A DNA stretch of 64,000 nt from an uncultured delta proteobacterium. Lineage in GTDB: Bacteria; Desulfobacterota; Binatia; UBA9968. Made by a program: the position numbers and the translations under genes. The notes beneath the pieces are model-generated. The model saw only the letters and a program-made list of their open reading frames with translations, searched no databases and had not been told where the DNA came from. The stretch covers positions 1,024,001 to 1,088,000 of the forward strand of contig CAVSHR010000004.1 in NCBI GenBank assembly GCA_963727625.1, read 5' to 3'. Below, piece after piece: positions 10,559 to 20,586 of this stretch (position 1 is its first letter; every line of letters begins with the position of its first letter).

Positions 10559-11440
10559 ATGAACCAGCGCCAGACGCTAAAAACATTGCTCCAAAGGGAG
10601 AAACTTTTGGTCGCGCCGGGCTGCTTCGACGGTCTGTCGGCGCGCCTGGTCGAACAAGCCGGCTTCGAGGCCGCCTATTTGAGCGGCGGCGCGGTAGCGC
10701 GCAGCATGGGCATACCCGACATCGGTTTGGTCACTATGTCAGAGACTATCGAACGCGCGGCCCAGGTGGTTTCCGCGGTTAAACTCCCGATCATCGCCGA
10801 TGCCGACACCGGTTACGGCAACGCAACCAATCTTGTCCGAACCGTGCGCGAGTTCGAACGGGTCGGCGTCGCGGCGATCCATATTGAAGACCAGATCACG
10901 CCCAAACGCTGCGGTCACCTCGACGGCAAGGAAGTCATCCCTTTGGCGGAGATGGAGCAGAAACTGGCGGCGGCGCTGGCCGCGCGTAGCGATAGCGAAT
11001 TCTGCATCATCGCGCGCACCGACGCGCGCGGCGTCAACGGTTTTGACGATGCCATCGAACGCGCGCGGCACTTCGCCAAACTGGGCGTCGACGCGATCTT
11101 CGTCGAAGCACCCCAATCGGAGGAAGAGCTGGCGGAAATCCCTCGCCGCCTACCCGGTATTCCGCTCCTGGTGAACGTGTTCAAAGGCGGCAAGACGCCG
11201 ATGCTGCCGATGGAGCGCTTGCAGCAAATGGGTTATCGCATCGCCATTTATCCCTCGGAAACCCAGAGGGCGGCGATTCATGCCATGCACACCGCCCTGA
11301 CCACGCTCAAGCGCGAAGGCACAACGGAATCGATCGATGCGGCGCTGACCACGTTCAAGGAACGCGACCGCGTCGTCGGTTTGGAGGAATGGCAGGAAAT
11401 CGAGAAAGCATACTTGGCCGTCGATCCGAACAGTCATTAG
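10559..11440 (+). CDS. prpB: ICL/PEP-mutase family enzyme, probably 2-methylisocitrate lyase
   Basis: ADADTGYG, HIEDQ, PKRCGH, IARTDA; follows prpC-prpD. Confidence 0.75.
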   Translation: MNQRQTLKTLLQREKLLVAPGCFDGLSARLVEQAGFEAAYLSGGAVARSMGIPDIGLVTMSETIERAAQVVSAVKLPIIADADTGYGNATNLVRTVREFERVGVAAIHIEDQITPKRCGHLDGKEVIPLAEMEQKLAAALAARSDSEFCIIARTDARGVNGFDDAIERARHFAKLGVDAIFVEAPQSEEELAEIPRRLPGIPLLVNVFKGGKTPMLPMERLQQMGYRIAIYPSETQRAAIHAMHTALTTLKREGTTESIDAALTTFKERDRVVGLEEWQEIEKAYLAVDPNSH

Positions 11441-11520
11441 CGGAGACCGAAGTTTGCTCTCATTGATCATCGATCCTTCATCCCTCCGCCTCCATCGTTA
11501 AGCAAACAGGAGATTGACCC

Positions 11521-13005
11521 ATGGATTTCAACGTCATTGAAACCACGATCGAAAACATTCACGCCGCCTACCACTCGGGCGCGCTCACCTGCCGCCGGCT
11601 GGTGCAAATGTATCTGGATCGTATCGACGCCTACGACAAGAACGGTCCATCCCTCAACGCGATCATTTCGATTAACTCCGAGGCGCTCAAAGAAGCGGAT
11701 CGCCTCGATGCTGCCTTCAAGTCCTCCGGCTTGGTCGGACCTCTGCACGGCATTCCGATCATCCTAAAAGATCAAGCCGACGTCGCCGGCATGCCGACGA
11801 CCTTGGGCTCGATTCTGTTCAAAAACTATTACCCAGACCGCGATGCTTTCGTCGTGAACAGACTCAAAAAGGCCGGAGCGATCATCCTGGCCAAGGCCAC
11901 GCTCGGCGAATTGGGCGGCGGCGATACCCATGGCTCGCTGTTTGGCTCGACCAAAAACCCCTATGACCTCGAGCGCACCGCCGGCGGCTCTTCGGGCGGC
12001 CCCGGCGCCAGCGTGTCGGCTAACTTCTGCACCGTGGCGGTCGGCCAGGAAGGCTTTGCTTCGATCCGCCGGCCATCGACCTGGAACTGTGTCGTGGGCA
12101 TGCGTCCGACCGCCGGCCTAGTCAGTCGCTCCGGAGTTTACGCCGGTTGGCCGTCGGTCAACGGATCGCTGGGACCGATGGCGCGCACGGTCACCGACTT
12201 GGGGAAGTTGTTGGACGTGATGGCGGGCTATGACCCGGACGACCCGGTGACCGCCCGGGGAGTTGGCCGTAAACCGGAGAGCTTCGCAAAGTTTCTCGAT
12301 AAAGATGGCCTCAAGGCCAAACGGATCGGCATTCTGCGCCAGTCCATGGGCTACGACGCGGAGCCGGGCTCCGATGATTTCAACAAAATCACCGAGGTCT
12401 TCGACCAAGCTGTCGCCGACTTGAAGCGCGCCGGCGCTGATATCGTCGATCCGGTCACCCTTCCCGACCTAAAATCGCTCCTGGCCAAACGCGCTACAAA
12501 TCTTCACGACGAAGAAGAGTCGTTCAAGGTTTGGATGAACCGCAGTAAAAAGCCGCCCTACCGCTCGCGCCAAGAAGCGATGAGCACACCGGAGTTTCAC
12601 GAAGTCATCAAACGCTCGCGCGACCGCTGGACCAAAGTCGCGAGCGACGAGACCCACTACGAGTATCTCAAGGCGCGCGAAGAGCTCCTGGTCAATCTGC
12701 TGCAAGTGATGGCCGACCACCGGCTCGATGCCATTGTGCACAAAGCCGTGGAGCATCAACCGACCTTGATCAAGGACGGCCTCAATCCGCCCTACGTCGA
12801 CCAGAAAGGCGCGCCGCATATCAATACATTTTTGGTTTATGTTCCGTCCATCGTGGTTCCGGCGGGCTTTACCCGGGACCAGCTGCCGGCCGGGATCACG
12901 TTTTTGGGCCGTCCCTACGACGACGCGAACCTGATCAAATTCGCTTATGCCTATGAACAATCCACTCGCCACCGCAAGCCGCCGCCGAGCGTGACGCCAT
13001 TGTGA
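11521..13005 (+). CDS. Amidase signature family protein
   Basis: GPLHGIPIILKD, GGSSGG, ASIRRP. Confidence 0.9.
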   Translation: MDFNVIETTIENIHAAYHSGALTCRRLVQMYLDRIDAYDKNGPSLNAIISINSEALKEADRLDAAFKSSGLVGPLHGIPIILKDQADVAGMPTTLGSILFKNYYPDRDAFVVNRLKKAGAIILAKATLGELGGGDTHGSLFGSTKNPYDLERTAGGSSGGPGASVSANFCTVAVGQEGFASIRRPSTWNCVVGMRPTAGLVSRSGVYAGWPSVNGSLGPMARTVTDLGKLLDVMAGYDPDDPVTARGVGRKPESFAKFLDKDGLKAKRIGILRQSMGYDAEPGSDDFNKITEVFDQAVADLKRAGADIVDPVTLPDLKSLLAKRATNLHDEEESFKVWMNRSKKPPYRSRQEAMSTPEFHEVIKRSRDRWTKVASDETHYEYLKAREELLVNLLQVMADHRLDAIVHKAVEHQPTLIKDGLNPPYVDQKGAPHINTFLVYVPSIVVPAGFTRDQLPAGITFLGRPYDDANLIKFAYAYEQSTRHRKPPPSVTPL

Positions 13006-13076
13006 CCGCGGCGATGCTGCGCTATAAAGCTGCGTGGATGGCTATTGCGCCGGCTGTCACAAATGCCGATCACGTC

Positions 13077-13382
13077 ATGATGATCAAAACTCTGCTGCTG
13101 TTCTTCTTAGCGCTTTCCTTGGCCACCCAGGGCGCCACCATTTATATTCAAATCGACAACGACCATGCCCTGACCGCCCTGGTGAACACCAACCGCGATG
13201 TTCATGTCAAAAATAACGACTTCGACGACGATCAGCGCGGCGCCAAGCCCCATGCCGCCGCGCTCTTAACTTTACCGTTCCGGCAAAGAGCCGCTGCAAA
13301 ATCTACTCGTAAGAATACCCGGGCGCCATTTTCCGCAACCCACCGGCCGCTATTTAAGCTCAAGACCGCCTTTCTCATTTAA
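13077..13382 (+). CDS. Small hypothetical protein with N-terminal signal/hydrophobic segment
   Basis: MMIKTLLLFFLALSLATQG N-terminus; C-terminus HRPLFKLKTAFLI. Confidence 0.5.
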   Translation: MMIKTLLLFFLALSLATQGATIYIQIDNDHALTALVNTNRDVHVKNNDFDDDQRGAKPHAAALLTLPFRQRAAAKSTRKNTRAPFSATHRPLFKLKTAFLI

Positions 13383-13518
13383 AAGACCCGTTTCCTAGAC
13401 GTCCTACTCGATCCAACTGTCGTCGCGGCAGCGACCCCGAGCGACCTCGGGGTCATGCTCCTCGGCATTAAAGTCATTTCAATTTGGCAAGCGCTCAGCG
13501 CTTTAAGAGGAAATAGAG

Positions 13519-13623
13519 ATGGAAGATTTTCCAATTTGGCTAAAGCTCATGATTTGGGGAACCATCGGCCTGACGGTCGGCTACGCCGTTTGGGGCATGA
13601 TCATGTCGTTCACCCAGCCGTAA
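13519..13623 (+). CDS. 34-aa single-pass membrane protein (absent from the ORF track)
   Basis: AAGAGG RBS; MEDFPIWLKLMIWGTIGLTVGYAVWGMIMSFTQP; ends TAA TAG TGA and is followed by a terminator. Confidence 0.65.
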   Translation: MEDFPIWLKLMIWGTIGLTVGYAVWGMIMSFTQP

Positions 13624-13634
13624 TAGTGACCCAC

Positions 13635-13685
13635 GCCGGAAGCGGATGTCGGCACAAGCACCGCACCGCTTCCGGTTTTCCTTTT
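13635..13685 (+). terminator. Rho-independent terminator
   Basis: CCGGAAGCGG...CCGCTTCCGG stem followed by TTTTCCTTTT. Confidence 0.65.
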
Positions 13686-13796
13686 GCAACCGCGAACACG
13701 ATCTTGCTGAATTTTTTCATCTATTCTCTCCCTGGCACGAAGCGCAAGCCAATGCTAGAGATGGGCCAATCCAAAAATCGTAGCGGAGGGAAATCC

Positions 13797-14147
13797 ATGA
13801 AGTTTTATCGACTCTACGCCGGCGCCGACGGCCAGTCTCATTTCGAGCCGCTCGACTCGAGCAAGACATCGGAATTTTTTAACCAAACTCGAGAGGCAAA
13901 GGGATTGTTGTTCAGAAACGACTTCGCGCCGCATATCGTCAACTTCCACCGAGCGCCGCACCGCCGCTGGGTGATCACCCTGGCCGGCAGCGTCGACATC
14001 GGCCTGGGCGGCGGCAGTACAATGACTTTTTGCCCCGGCGACGTATTCCTGGCCGAAGACACGGAGGGGCGGGGCCACACGGCGACGCCGCACGATTGGG
14101 TGCGAGCGTATGTCGATCTGGAGCCGGCAAAAGTCAGAAATCAGTGA
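13797..14147 (+). CDS. Small cupin-like protein
   Basis: RLYAGADGQSHFE, FHRAP..RWVITLAG, PGDVFLAEDTEGRGH; GGAGG RBS. Confidence 0.8.
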   Translation: MKFYRLYAGADGQSHFEPLDSSKTSEFFNQTREAKGLLFRNDFAPHIVNFHRAPHRRWVITLAGSVDIGLGGGSTMTFCPGDVFLAEDTEGRGHTATPHDWVRAYVDLEPAKVRNQ

Positions 14148-14160
14148 ATAAAAAACCAGG

Positions 14161-14222
14161 TTGGAGTGCTGGAGTGTTGCATTATTTTTCAAACCCAGCA
14201 CTCCAGTACTCCAATACTCCAA
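14161..14222. repeat. TGGAGT/ACTCCA palindromic intergenic repeat
   Basis: ttggagtgctggagtg...cagcactccagtactccaatactccaa; related copy at about 2395-2442. Confidence 0.6.
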
Positions 14223-14261
14223 TTCAGACGCTGATTAGCAGCACCTCGGGATCACTCGATT

Positions 14262-15755
14262 ATGAAGCAAAGCGAAACTTCCCGCCCCATCCGCTTCGTC
14301 GACACCACCCTGCGCGACGGCCACCTGAGCCTATGGGCGTCGAACATGCGCACCGCCATGATGCTGCCGGTCGCCGAACGCTTCGAGCGCGCCGGGTTCG
14401 AGGCGATCGAAATCATGTCGTCGGCTTTTTACAAAAAATGCGTGCGCGATCTCAAAGACGATCCCTGGGAGCGCATCCGGCAGCTGAGAAAACTGATTCC
14501 GCGCACGCCGCTGCGCTCGATCCGCAGCCGCTCCATGCTCGCCTTCCAGATCACGCCACCGGCGATCGCCGATCTTTGGCTCGAACGGCTGGCGGCCAAC
14601 GGCATCGACGAACTGCGAACTTCGGACCCGTCGAACACGCCGCTCTACTGGCGGGAAGCCGTCGGCGCCGCCAAGCGCGCGGGTCTGAAGACGATATTGA
14701 ACATCATCTATTCGATTTCGCCCAAACATAGCGACGAGTACTTCGTTCAAAGAGCGCGGGAAGCCGCAAAGCTCGAGGTCGCGCGCATCTGCTTCAAAGA
14801 CCCCGGCGGCTTGCTCACGCCCGAAACCACGCGCCGGCTGCTGCCTTTGATTTTGCAAGAGGCGAAAGACAAACCGGTCGAGTTCCACACCCACTGCAAC
14901 ACCGGCCTGGGGCCACTCTGTTGTCTTGAAGCGATCAAGCTCGGCATCACTTCGATCAATACGGCGATTCCGCCGCTCGCCGACGGCTCCTCCAATCCGT
15001 CGCTGTTTAACGTGGCGATGAATGCCCGGGCCCTCGGTTACCGGACCGAGGTCGACGAGGAAGTTTTGCAACCGGTGCGCGACCATTTCACCGCCATCGC
15101 GAAAAAAGCCAATCTGCCGGTCGGCAAGCCGCTCGAATACGACGCTTTCCATCCGATGCATCAAGTGCCGGGCGGAATGATTTCCAATTTTCGTTTTCAA
15201 CTGGCCAGTCTCGGCAAGCTCGATCAATTGCCGGCGGTGCTTGAAGAAGTTTCGCGAGTGCGCGCCGAGTTCGGCTACCCGATCATGGTCACGCCCTATT
15301 CGCAATTTTTCGGCGTGCAAGCCGCGATCAACGTCATGGTCGGCGCGCGCTACCGGGAAGTCACCGACGAAGTGCTGCTCTACGCCCTCGGCTTTTGGGG
15401 CGAGGAAGAAGCTCATTCCATCGACGCCAATGTCAAAGATCGGCTGGTCGGCACCGCGCGCGCACGGGAACTCGCCAAGATGAAGCCGCCGGCTCTGTCG
15501 ATTCAGGAGTTTCGCGCAAAATTCGCTGGCGCCGGTGTCAGCGACGACGATCGGTTGCTGTGCTACTTCGCGGGGGGAGACGCAGTCGTCGTCATGCGCG
15601 CAGCCGGCGCGCCGGTCGATTACCCCGGCTCGTCCACATCGCTGATCAACTTGATCGAGCAAATGACCAAGCGCAAACATACGGCCCAGGTCTACATCAA
15701 GCGCGACGGCTTCAGCTTGCGTTTGGAACGAAGGAATCCGCCCGTCGGGGCCTGA
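14262..15755 (+). CDS. Pyruvate carboxylase beta / oxaloacetate decarboxylase alpha-like carboxyltransferase without a biotin domain
   Basis: DTTLRDGH, DPWERIR, FKDPGG, FHTHCNTG, HQVPGGMISN, GYPIMVTPYSQ; no AMKM biotinyl domain. Confidence 0.85.
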   Translation: MKQSETSRPIRFVDTTLRDGHLSLWASNMRTAMMLPVAERFERAGFEAIEIMSSAFYKKCVRDLKDDPWERIRQLRKLIPRTPLRSIRSRSMLAFQITPPAIADLWLERLAANGIDELRTSDPSNTPLYWREAVGAAKRAGLKTILNIIYSISPKHSDEYFVQRAREAAKLEVARICFKDPGGLLTPETTRRLLPLILQEAKDKPVEFHTHCNTGLGPLCCLEAIKLGITSINTAIPPLADGSSNPSLFNVAMNARALGYRTEVDEEVLQPVRDHFTAIAKKANLPVGKPLEYDAFHPMHQVPGGMISNFRFQLASLGKLDQLPAVLEEVSRVRAEFGYPIMVTPYSQFFGVQAAINVMVGARYREVTDEVLLYALGFWGEEEAHSIDANVKDRLVGTARARELAKMKPPALSIQEFRAKFAGAGVSDDDRLLCYFAGGDAVVVMRAAGAPVDYPGSSTSLINLIEQMTKRKHTAQVYIKRDGFSLRLERRNPPVGA

Positions 15756-15833
15756 GCACAAACTTCATCGCCCGCTTCAAAACGAGGGTCTGACGATTTG
15801 CTTCCCGCGCGCCCACGGCGTTAGCTAAGATTC

Positions 15834-16499
15834 ATGATTTGGCCGAACGCCATCGGGCGTGCGCTTCTAGGAGTTTTTTTTCTCAGCCTGATCGCCGATG
15901 CCAGCGCAGCCCAGACCCCGGCGAGCTGGAGCTGCGCGCCCACGCAAGCGCACTGTCGTTCCATCTTCATCGTTGACAGTACCTGGCACACGGCGATTGT
16001 GCTCCGCAGGGAAGATCTCAGCGGCGTCGCCTTGCCGGAACTGGTCGACTTCCCGGCCGCCCGCTTCATTGAATTCAGCTGGGGCGACAAGGACTATTTT
16101 CCCGATCCTAACGCCGGTGTTTTGACGGCGATCAAAGCCGCCTTCTGGTCAAGCGGCAGCGTGCTTCACCTGGTTGGCTTTAGGGACAAACTCGAGACGT
16201 CCTATCACGGCGCGAAAATTATCGAGCTGCGCTTGTCGGCGCCGGCCTACGCCCGTTTGGTCGAGTATATCGCGCGAAGCTTCGCCCGGCCGAGCGCCGA
16301 TGGGCGCACGCCGGCGAGCCCGGGCTTGGTTGCCGATAGCCGCTTCTATCCTTCAAATGAAAACTTCAGCCTGACGAATACCTGCAACACCTGGGTCGCC
16401 GCCGCCCTACAGTTCGCCGGCCTGCCCGTATCGCCGGGTCTGGTCCTGACCGCGGCCCAGCTTAGCGAGCAGCTCGATGAAATCACCGGGTCCCCTTAG
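15834..16499 (+). CDS. DUF2459-family exported protein
   Basis: Signal peptide; WHTAIVL, EFSWGDKDYF, SRFYPS, NTCNTWVA. Confidence 0.75.
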   Translation: MIWPNAIGRALLGVFFLSLIADASAAQTPASWSCAPTQAHCRSIFIVDSTWHTAIVLRREDLSGVALPELVDFPAARFIEFSWGDKDYFPDPNAGVLTAIKAAFWSSGSVLHLVGFRDKLETSYHGAKIIELRLSAPAYARLVEYIARSFARPSADGRTPASPGLVADSRFYPSNENFSLTNTCNTWVAAALQFAGLPVSPGLVLTAAQLSEQLDEITGSP

Positions 16500-16685
16500 A
16501 GCGAAAAATGTTTACGCAAGACTTACCAAGCGAAAGGCCAACCGGCAAATTCCTTCCAGTTTTTCTATTAGATTCCTCAGTTCTACGGAGGATACCAACC
16601 CGACTTGCGCGGCACGAGCATTGCGGAGCAGTGAAACAATGGGCAAAATGCTGGGACCCGGTTTGGTTAGCGCGTGATTATGATC

Positions 16686-17717
16686 ATGAAAAATCTTTGT
16701 CGGCGCGAGGCTCTGATATTTCTTTTGTTTCTGTCGATCAGTGTTTTTCTACCCGCTTGCCGCTCGACGCCGGTGGCGCCTCCGACCGAGCCAACGGCGG
16801 AGATTCCAGAAAGCCAGCGGCCCGAGGACGAAGGCCCCGAGATCGCGATGCCGCCGGCTTCTCCCACCGAAACAGCGCCCAAGCCAGCGCAGGAAATGAT
16901 CGCCCGCCACCTGCCAGAATCCCGTATCGGCAAGCCGGAGAAAGATCTGGTAGCGCACCGGGTCGAATACAACACTTTGCTGACCTCTCGCGAGAACGAG
17001 CGCAGCGAAGCCGCCTGGCGATATCGCACCACGCGCCGGGGAGAAATTGTCGGCTTTGAATTTTCCAACCACGGCGGTAACCGCATTCTGCCGCTGCGCT
17101 ACGATGCCGCAAGGAACGAATTTTTCACTCGCGACTTTCAATTCCGCTTCGATGAGCGCGCCCGTCAAGACATCCACCTGATGGTCTCGGACTGGGTCGC
17201 ATCGCGCGACCGGACGTTTCGTTTGAGCGAGCTGATGAATAGCGTGCTGCTGTTTTTTCCGAGAAACTTACTGCCCGCCATCGTCGGTTCGCGGGCGCGA
17301 AACATCGTCACCCTGCCCACCGGCGAGGAAGTCGAATTCAACGGCGCAACCCATGAGATCATCGGCGGCGTGCTGTCGGAAACTCCCGTGGATCTCAATC
17401 CGGACCGCGCCGCGCGCAAGTTTCCTGGGATTCAATACCTGGGCAAAGGAGTCGTGATCCGGGCCGATGCGCGCGGTACCGACCCGAGAATGGGGACGAC
17501 CGCGACGATCAGTAACACGGCCATCCCGCAGACTTGCGACAAAGCGGTCGACTGCAATCAGTGTCGGGTGCCGGCGAAAGAACTGTGGGAGCAAAGCGGC
17601 GCGACGCGTTTCAAATTCGCCACGGATGCCGATTTCGATCGCTTTTTAATTCCACGCTGCGGCTTCGGCCTGCCGAAAGTCGGCGCCGAGTACACCATCG
17701 CGACGTCGCTGCGCTAA
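16686..17717 (+). CDS. Hypothetical lipoprotein
   Basis: Lipobox-like FLPAC followed by a Pro/Glu-rich linker; start could be 16674, 16680 or 16686. Confidence 0.65.
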   Translation: MKNLCRREALIFLLFLSISVFLPACRSTPVAPPTEPTAEIPESQRPEDEGPEIAMPPASPTETAPKPAQEMIARHLPESRIGKPEKDLVAHRVEYNTLLTSRENERSEAAWRYRTTRRGEIVGFEFSNHGGNRILPLRYDAARNEFFTRDFQFRFDERARQDIHLMVSDWVASRDRTFRLSELMNSVLLFFPRNLLPAIVGSRARNIVTLPTGEEVEFNGATHEIIGGVLSETPVDLNPDRAARKFPGIQYLGKGVVIRADARGTDPRMGTTATISNTAIPQTCDKAVDCNQCRVPAKELWEQSGATRFKFATDADFDRFLIPRCGFGLPKVGAEYTIATSLR

Positions 17718-17747
17718 TCACAGCGACGATGAATTATTATCGCTTCC

Positions 17748-18158
17748 CTAACGGGTCGACTTGGGATCGACACCGGCGGGCAAGCACCACAGGGTATATT
17801 CGTAATAGAGTTGAGTGGTTTTTGCCTGCCTGCCGCCGGACCGCTCGGCACCGGCAGACACCGACGCGCTCACGCCGTCGGCGACAATCGACTGCGACAC
17901 CGGTTCGCCCGGATACGTCGAAGCTAAGCCATCGATGAGTTTCTTATGCTCTATTCGCAGCGCGGCAATGCATTCCTTGCGCGCATCCACCGCATTGAGC
18001 AACTCCCACTTGTCGACGTTGCCTTCGGCGCTCAGACCGCGCGGCGCCCCCTCCACCCGCCGGCTCACCTTGCTATGCTGCCAGAGCAGCCAGGCTGCAT
18101 CGGCGCTGGCCGCTGTCAGGCCGATCACGATCATGGCCAAGGCGATACTTTTCTTCAT
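17748..18158 (-). CDS. Hypothetical secreted protein
   Basis: Signal peptide MKKSIALAMIVIGLTAASADA; C-terminal CLPAGVDP; GGAGAGAGG RBS. Confidence 0.7.
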   Translation of the reverse strand: MKKSIALAMIVIGLTAASADAAWLLWQHSKVSRRVEGAPRGLSAEGNVDKWELLNAVDARKECIAALRIEHKKLIDGLASTYPGEPVSQSIVADGVSASVSAGAERSGGRQAKTTQLYYEYTLWCLPAGVDPKSTR

Positions 18159-18349
18159 GCCTCTCTCCTAAATTCGCTATTCTTTGTCTGCGGCGGCCTA
18201 TCCCGATCAAACTGCTCGTCGAACGACGTCGAGTCAGTATACTCGCCGGCAGGCGGCGGAGAAAGTACGGCGGCAGATCGATCAGTTGCAATTCCCGGCG
18301 AACCCAACTAGGTAAAAGACAAAATCCGCACAAACCACAGGGAGGAATT

Positions 18350-19492
18350 ATGGCGCGAGATTTAGTGATCGATGCCGACGGCCACTGTTATGAACCGGAC
18401 AGCGAGCTCGCGAAATGGATGCCCAAAGAACTCGCCCACCTGGCGCCTAACCGCGTCACCGACAGCTCCGGTTACGCGCACTTGATGATCGAAGGCCGCC
18501 TCGCGGGGCGGCGCCGTTGGGGCGGGGGTGCCGACCGCGGCGAAGTTTTTGCGCCCCACATCGAGCGCAGCCGCCCGGGCATGACCGATCCCTTGAAGCG
18601 GCTGCCCGACATGGATGAGGAAGGCATCGACGTCGCGATTATCTTCGGCACTTCCATCGCGTTGATGGTGAACGGCATGGCGGACAAACCGCTCGCCGCC
18701 GCGGTGTGCCACGCGGTCAACCGCTGGCTGGTGGAAGAGTATCTCGCCGCCGATCCCAAGCGATTGAAGGGCGTCGGCCTGATTCCCGTGCAAGATCCGC
18801 CCGCGGCGGTCAAGGAGTTGGAGTTCCTCGCCAAGCAGCGCGCCATCGTCACGGCCATGCTGCCGACCAACGTCTATGGCATCAACCTCGGCCATCGCAT
18901 GTTCGACCCGGTCTACGCCGCGGCGCAGGAAATCGGCATGCCGCTGTCGGTTCATCCGCAGACCGAGCACGACGGCCAGTACGGAGTTTGGGGTGTCATG
19001 GGCGCCGGCAGCGAGCGCATGGAAAAGTACAGCTACGTGCACATGACTGCTTTCCCCTTCGAGCTGATGATCGCGCTCATGCATATGATCGGCGAGGGCG
19101 TGTTCGACCGTTATCCGAAGCTCAAGGTCGCCTGCATGGAAGGCGCCTGCGGCTGGGTGCCGTTCTGGGCCGAGCGCTTGGACGAGCACTTTCACAAGCT
19201 TCGCCCGCAGTGGCCGCTGCTCAAACGCAAGCCGTCGGAGATCATCAAGAGTCCCCAAGTGGCTTTCACCTGCGAACCGGAAGAAGCGATTCTCCCCTAC
19301 GTGCTCGACACCATCGGCATCACCCAGGTGATGTACGCCTCGGATTACCGACATTGGGATTCGGAATTCCCCAACTCGGTGCGCGAGGTGCGCAAGATCC
19401 CGAACATGACCGAAGACAAGCTCAGCCACGTGCTCGGCGAGAACGCGCGGAATTGGTTTGGCCTAAAGTCCGAAGATCTTCCGGCCGGATAA
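18350..19492 (+). CDS. Amidohydrolase_2 family protein
   Basis: IDADGH, DMDEEGID, LSVHP, YASDYRHWD. Confidence 0.9.
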   Translation: MARDLVIDADGHCYEPDSELAKWMPKELAHLAPNRVTDSSGYAHLMIEGRLAGRRRWGGGADRGEVFAPHIERSRPGMTDPLKRLPDMDEEGIDVAIIFGTSIALMVNGMADKPLAAAVCHAVNRWLVEEYLAADPKRLKGVGLIPVQDPPAAVKELEFLAKQRAIVTAMLPTNVYGINLGHRMFDPVYAAAQEIGMPLSVHPQTEHDGQYGVWGVMGAGSERMEKYSYVHMTAFPFELMIALMHMIGEGVFDRYPKLKVACMEGACGWVPFWAERLDEHFHKLRPQWPLLKRKPSEIIKSPQVAFTCEPEEAILPYVLDTIGITQVMYASDYRHWDSEFPNSVREVRKIPNMTEDKLSHVLGENARNWFGLKSEDLPAG

Positions 19493-19729
19493 TTTGTTAC
19501 CTGCGCGCTGCTAACAAACGGTGAGGGCGGTCAACCGCCCTTACAGTCTCGATCCCCGAACCTTGTGGATTTGTCCGCGTTGCAGCCTTCGCGGTGCGAG
19601 TTTGTTTCCCAAACCTTTGCGCCCTTGGCCGCTGCTTGCGGTTTTTTTTCTTTGGTTAATTTCCCTCCTTGCGATTAACGTTTCTCGGGACGGGTTAAAC
19701 TCCCTCGCCTTCAAATGCAGTGAAAGGTC

Positions 19730-19815
19730 GTCATGCCGGTGAACGCCGGCATCCAGGTTCGTTTTCGCTTCGGGGTCAAAGTACGGCTGCACTCAGGCTT
19801 GCGCCGCAATGCCGG
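19730..19815. repeat. REP-like paired palindrome (GTCATGCCGG...CCGGCATCCA type), degenerate
   Basis: gtcatgccggtgaacgccggcatccagg with a degenerate inverted partner ending at about 19815. Confidence 0.45.
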
Positions 19816-20197
19816 GAACAAGATTTGGCAAACGTGTCGAATTTCCCGGCCACGATTTACAATCCCGTCGCTTTTGCCGACCCGCGGGTTAGTTCTCGAA
19901 GCGTCATCGAATTTTCTATGAACCAGCTCAAGCGGGAAACCGAGAATTCAACCAGCCGGTTTCGTGATCGGTGCCGTTTTCTGTTGTCGGCGGGTGGCGG
20001 CTTTTGTCTCTTGGAGCGGTCATCTCAACATCAAAAACCGGCGACCAAGCCTTTAAACGACGCCTGTTCTTTAATCTTATGTCGTTCAATCAAGATGTTG
20101 CGCCGGTCCGCCCCCTGGCAACGGGACGGTTCGCAGGGCAGCGGCGATTTGCCGTCAGGAACATAAGAGCCTTATAATTATGAGTCAGGAGTTTGCC

Positions 20198-20575
20198 ATG
20201 AACAAAATAATGAGGATTTCTGTCGTGTTTTTGGTGTCGATCTCTTGCACAGGCTGCTTCATGACCTCTTTTCTTGTCGAGGGTGGCCTCAAGGAAGGGC
20301 GCGACGAAGTATCGGCGTCGTCCGAGCAAGAAACCATTCATGGATCCCTTTATGGTTTTGAATGGTCGAAACGCACACGGAAGAAGAGTCAGGATAATGG
20401 CCTGTACAAAGTGGAAGTCAGCACAAATGGTCTGTATTTGATTGCCTCAGTTATAACCCTTGGTTTTTATGTTCCACAGGACGTTCAATGGTGGTTGGTG
20501 CAAGAAAAAAGACCCCCAACAAACAACCCTTACGTTCCTAAAAAAAAGACAAATAATGAACCCGCTAATAAATAG
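20198..20575 (+). CDS. Bor/Iss-like lipoprotein
   Basis: Lipobox ISCTGC; KVEVSTNGLYLIASVITLGFYVP resembles the lambda Bor C-terminal TLGIYTP segment; AGGAG RBS. Confidence 0.6.
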   Translation: MNKIMRISVVFLVSISCTGCFMTSFLVEGGLKEGRDEVSASSEQETIHGSLYGFEWSKRTRKKSQDNGLYKVEVSTNGLYLIASVITLGFYVPQDVQWWLVQEKRPPTNNPYVPKKKTNNEPANK

Positions 20576-20586
20576 AGTTCTGAATA

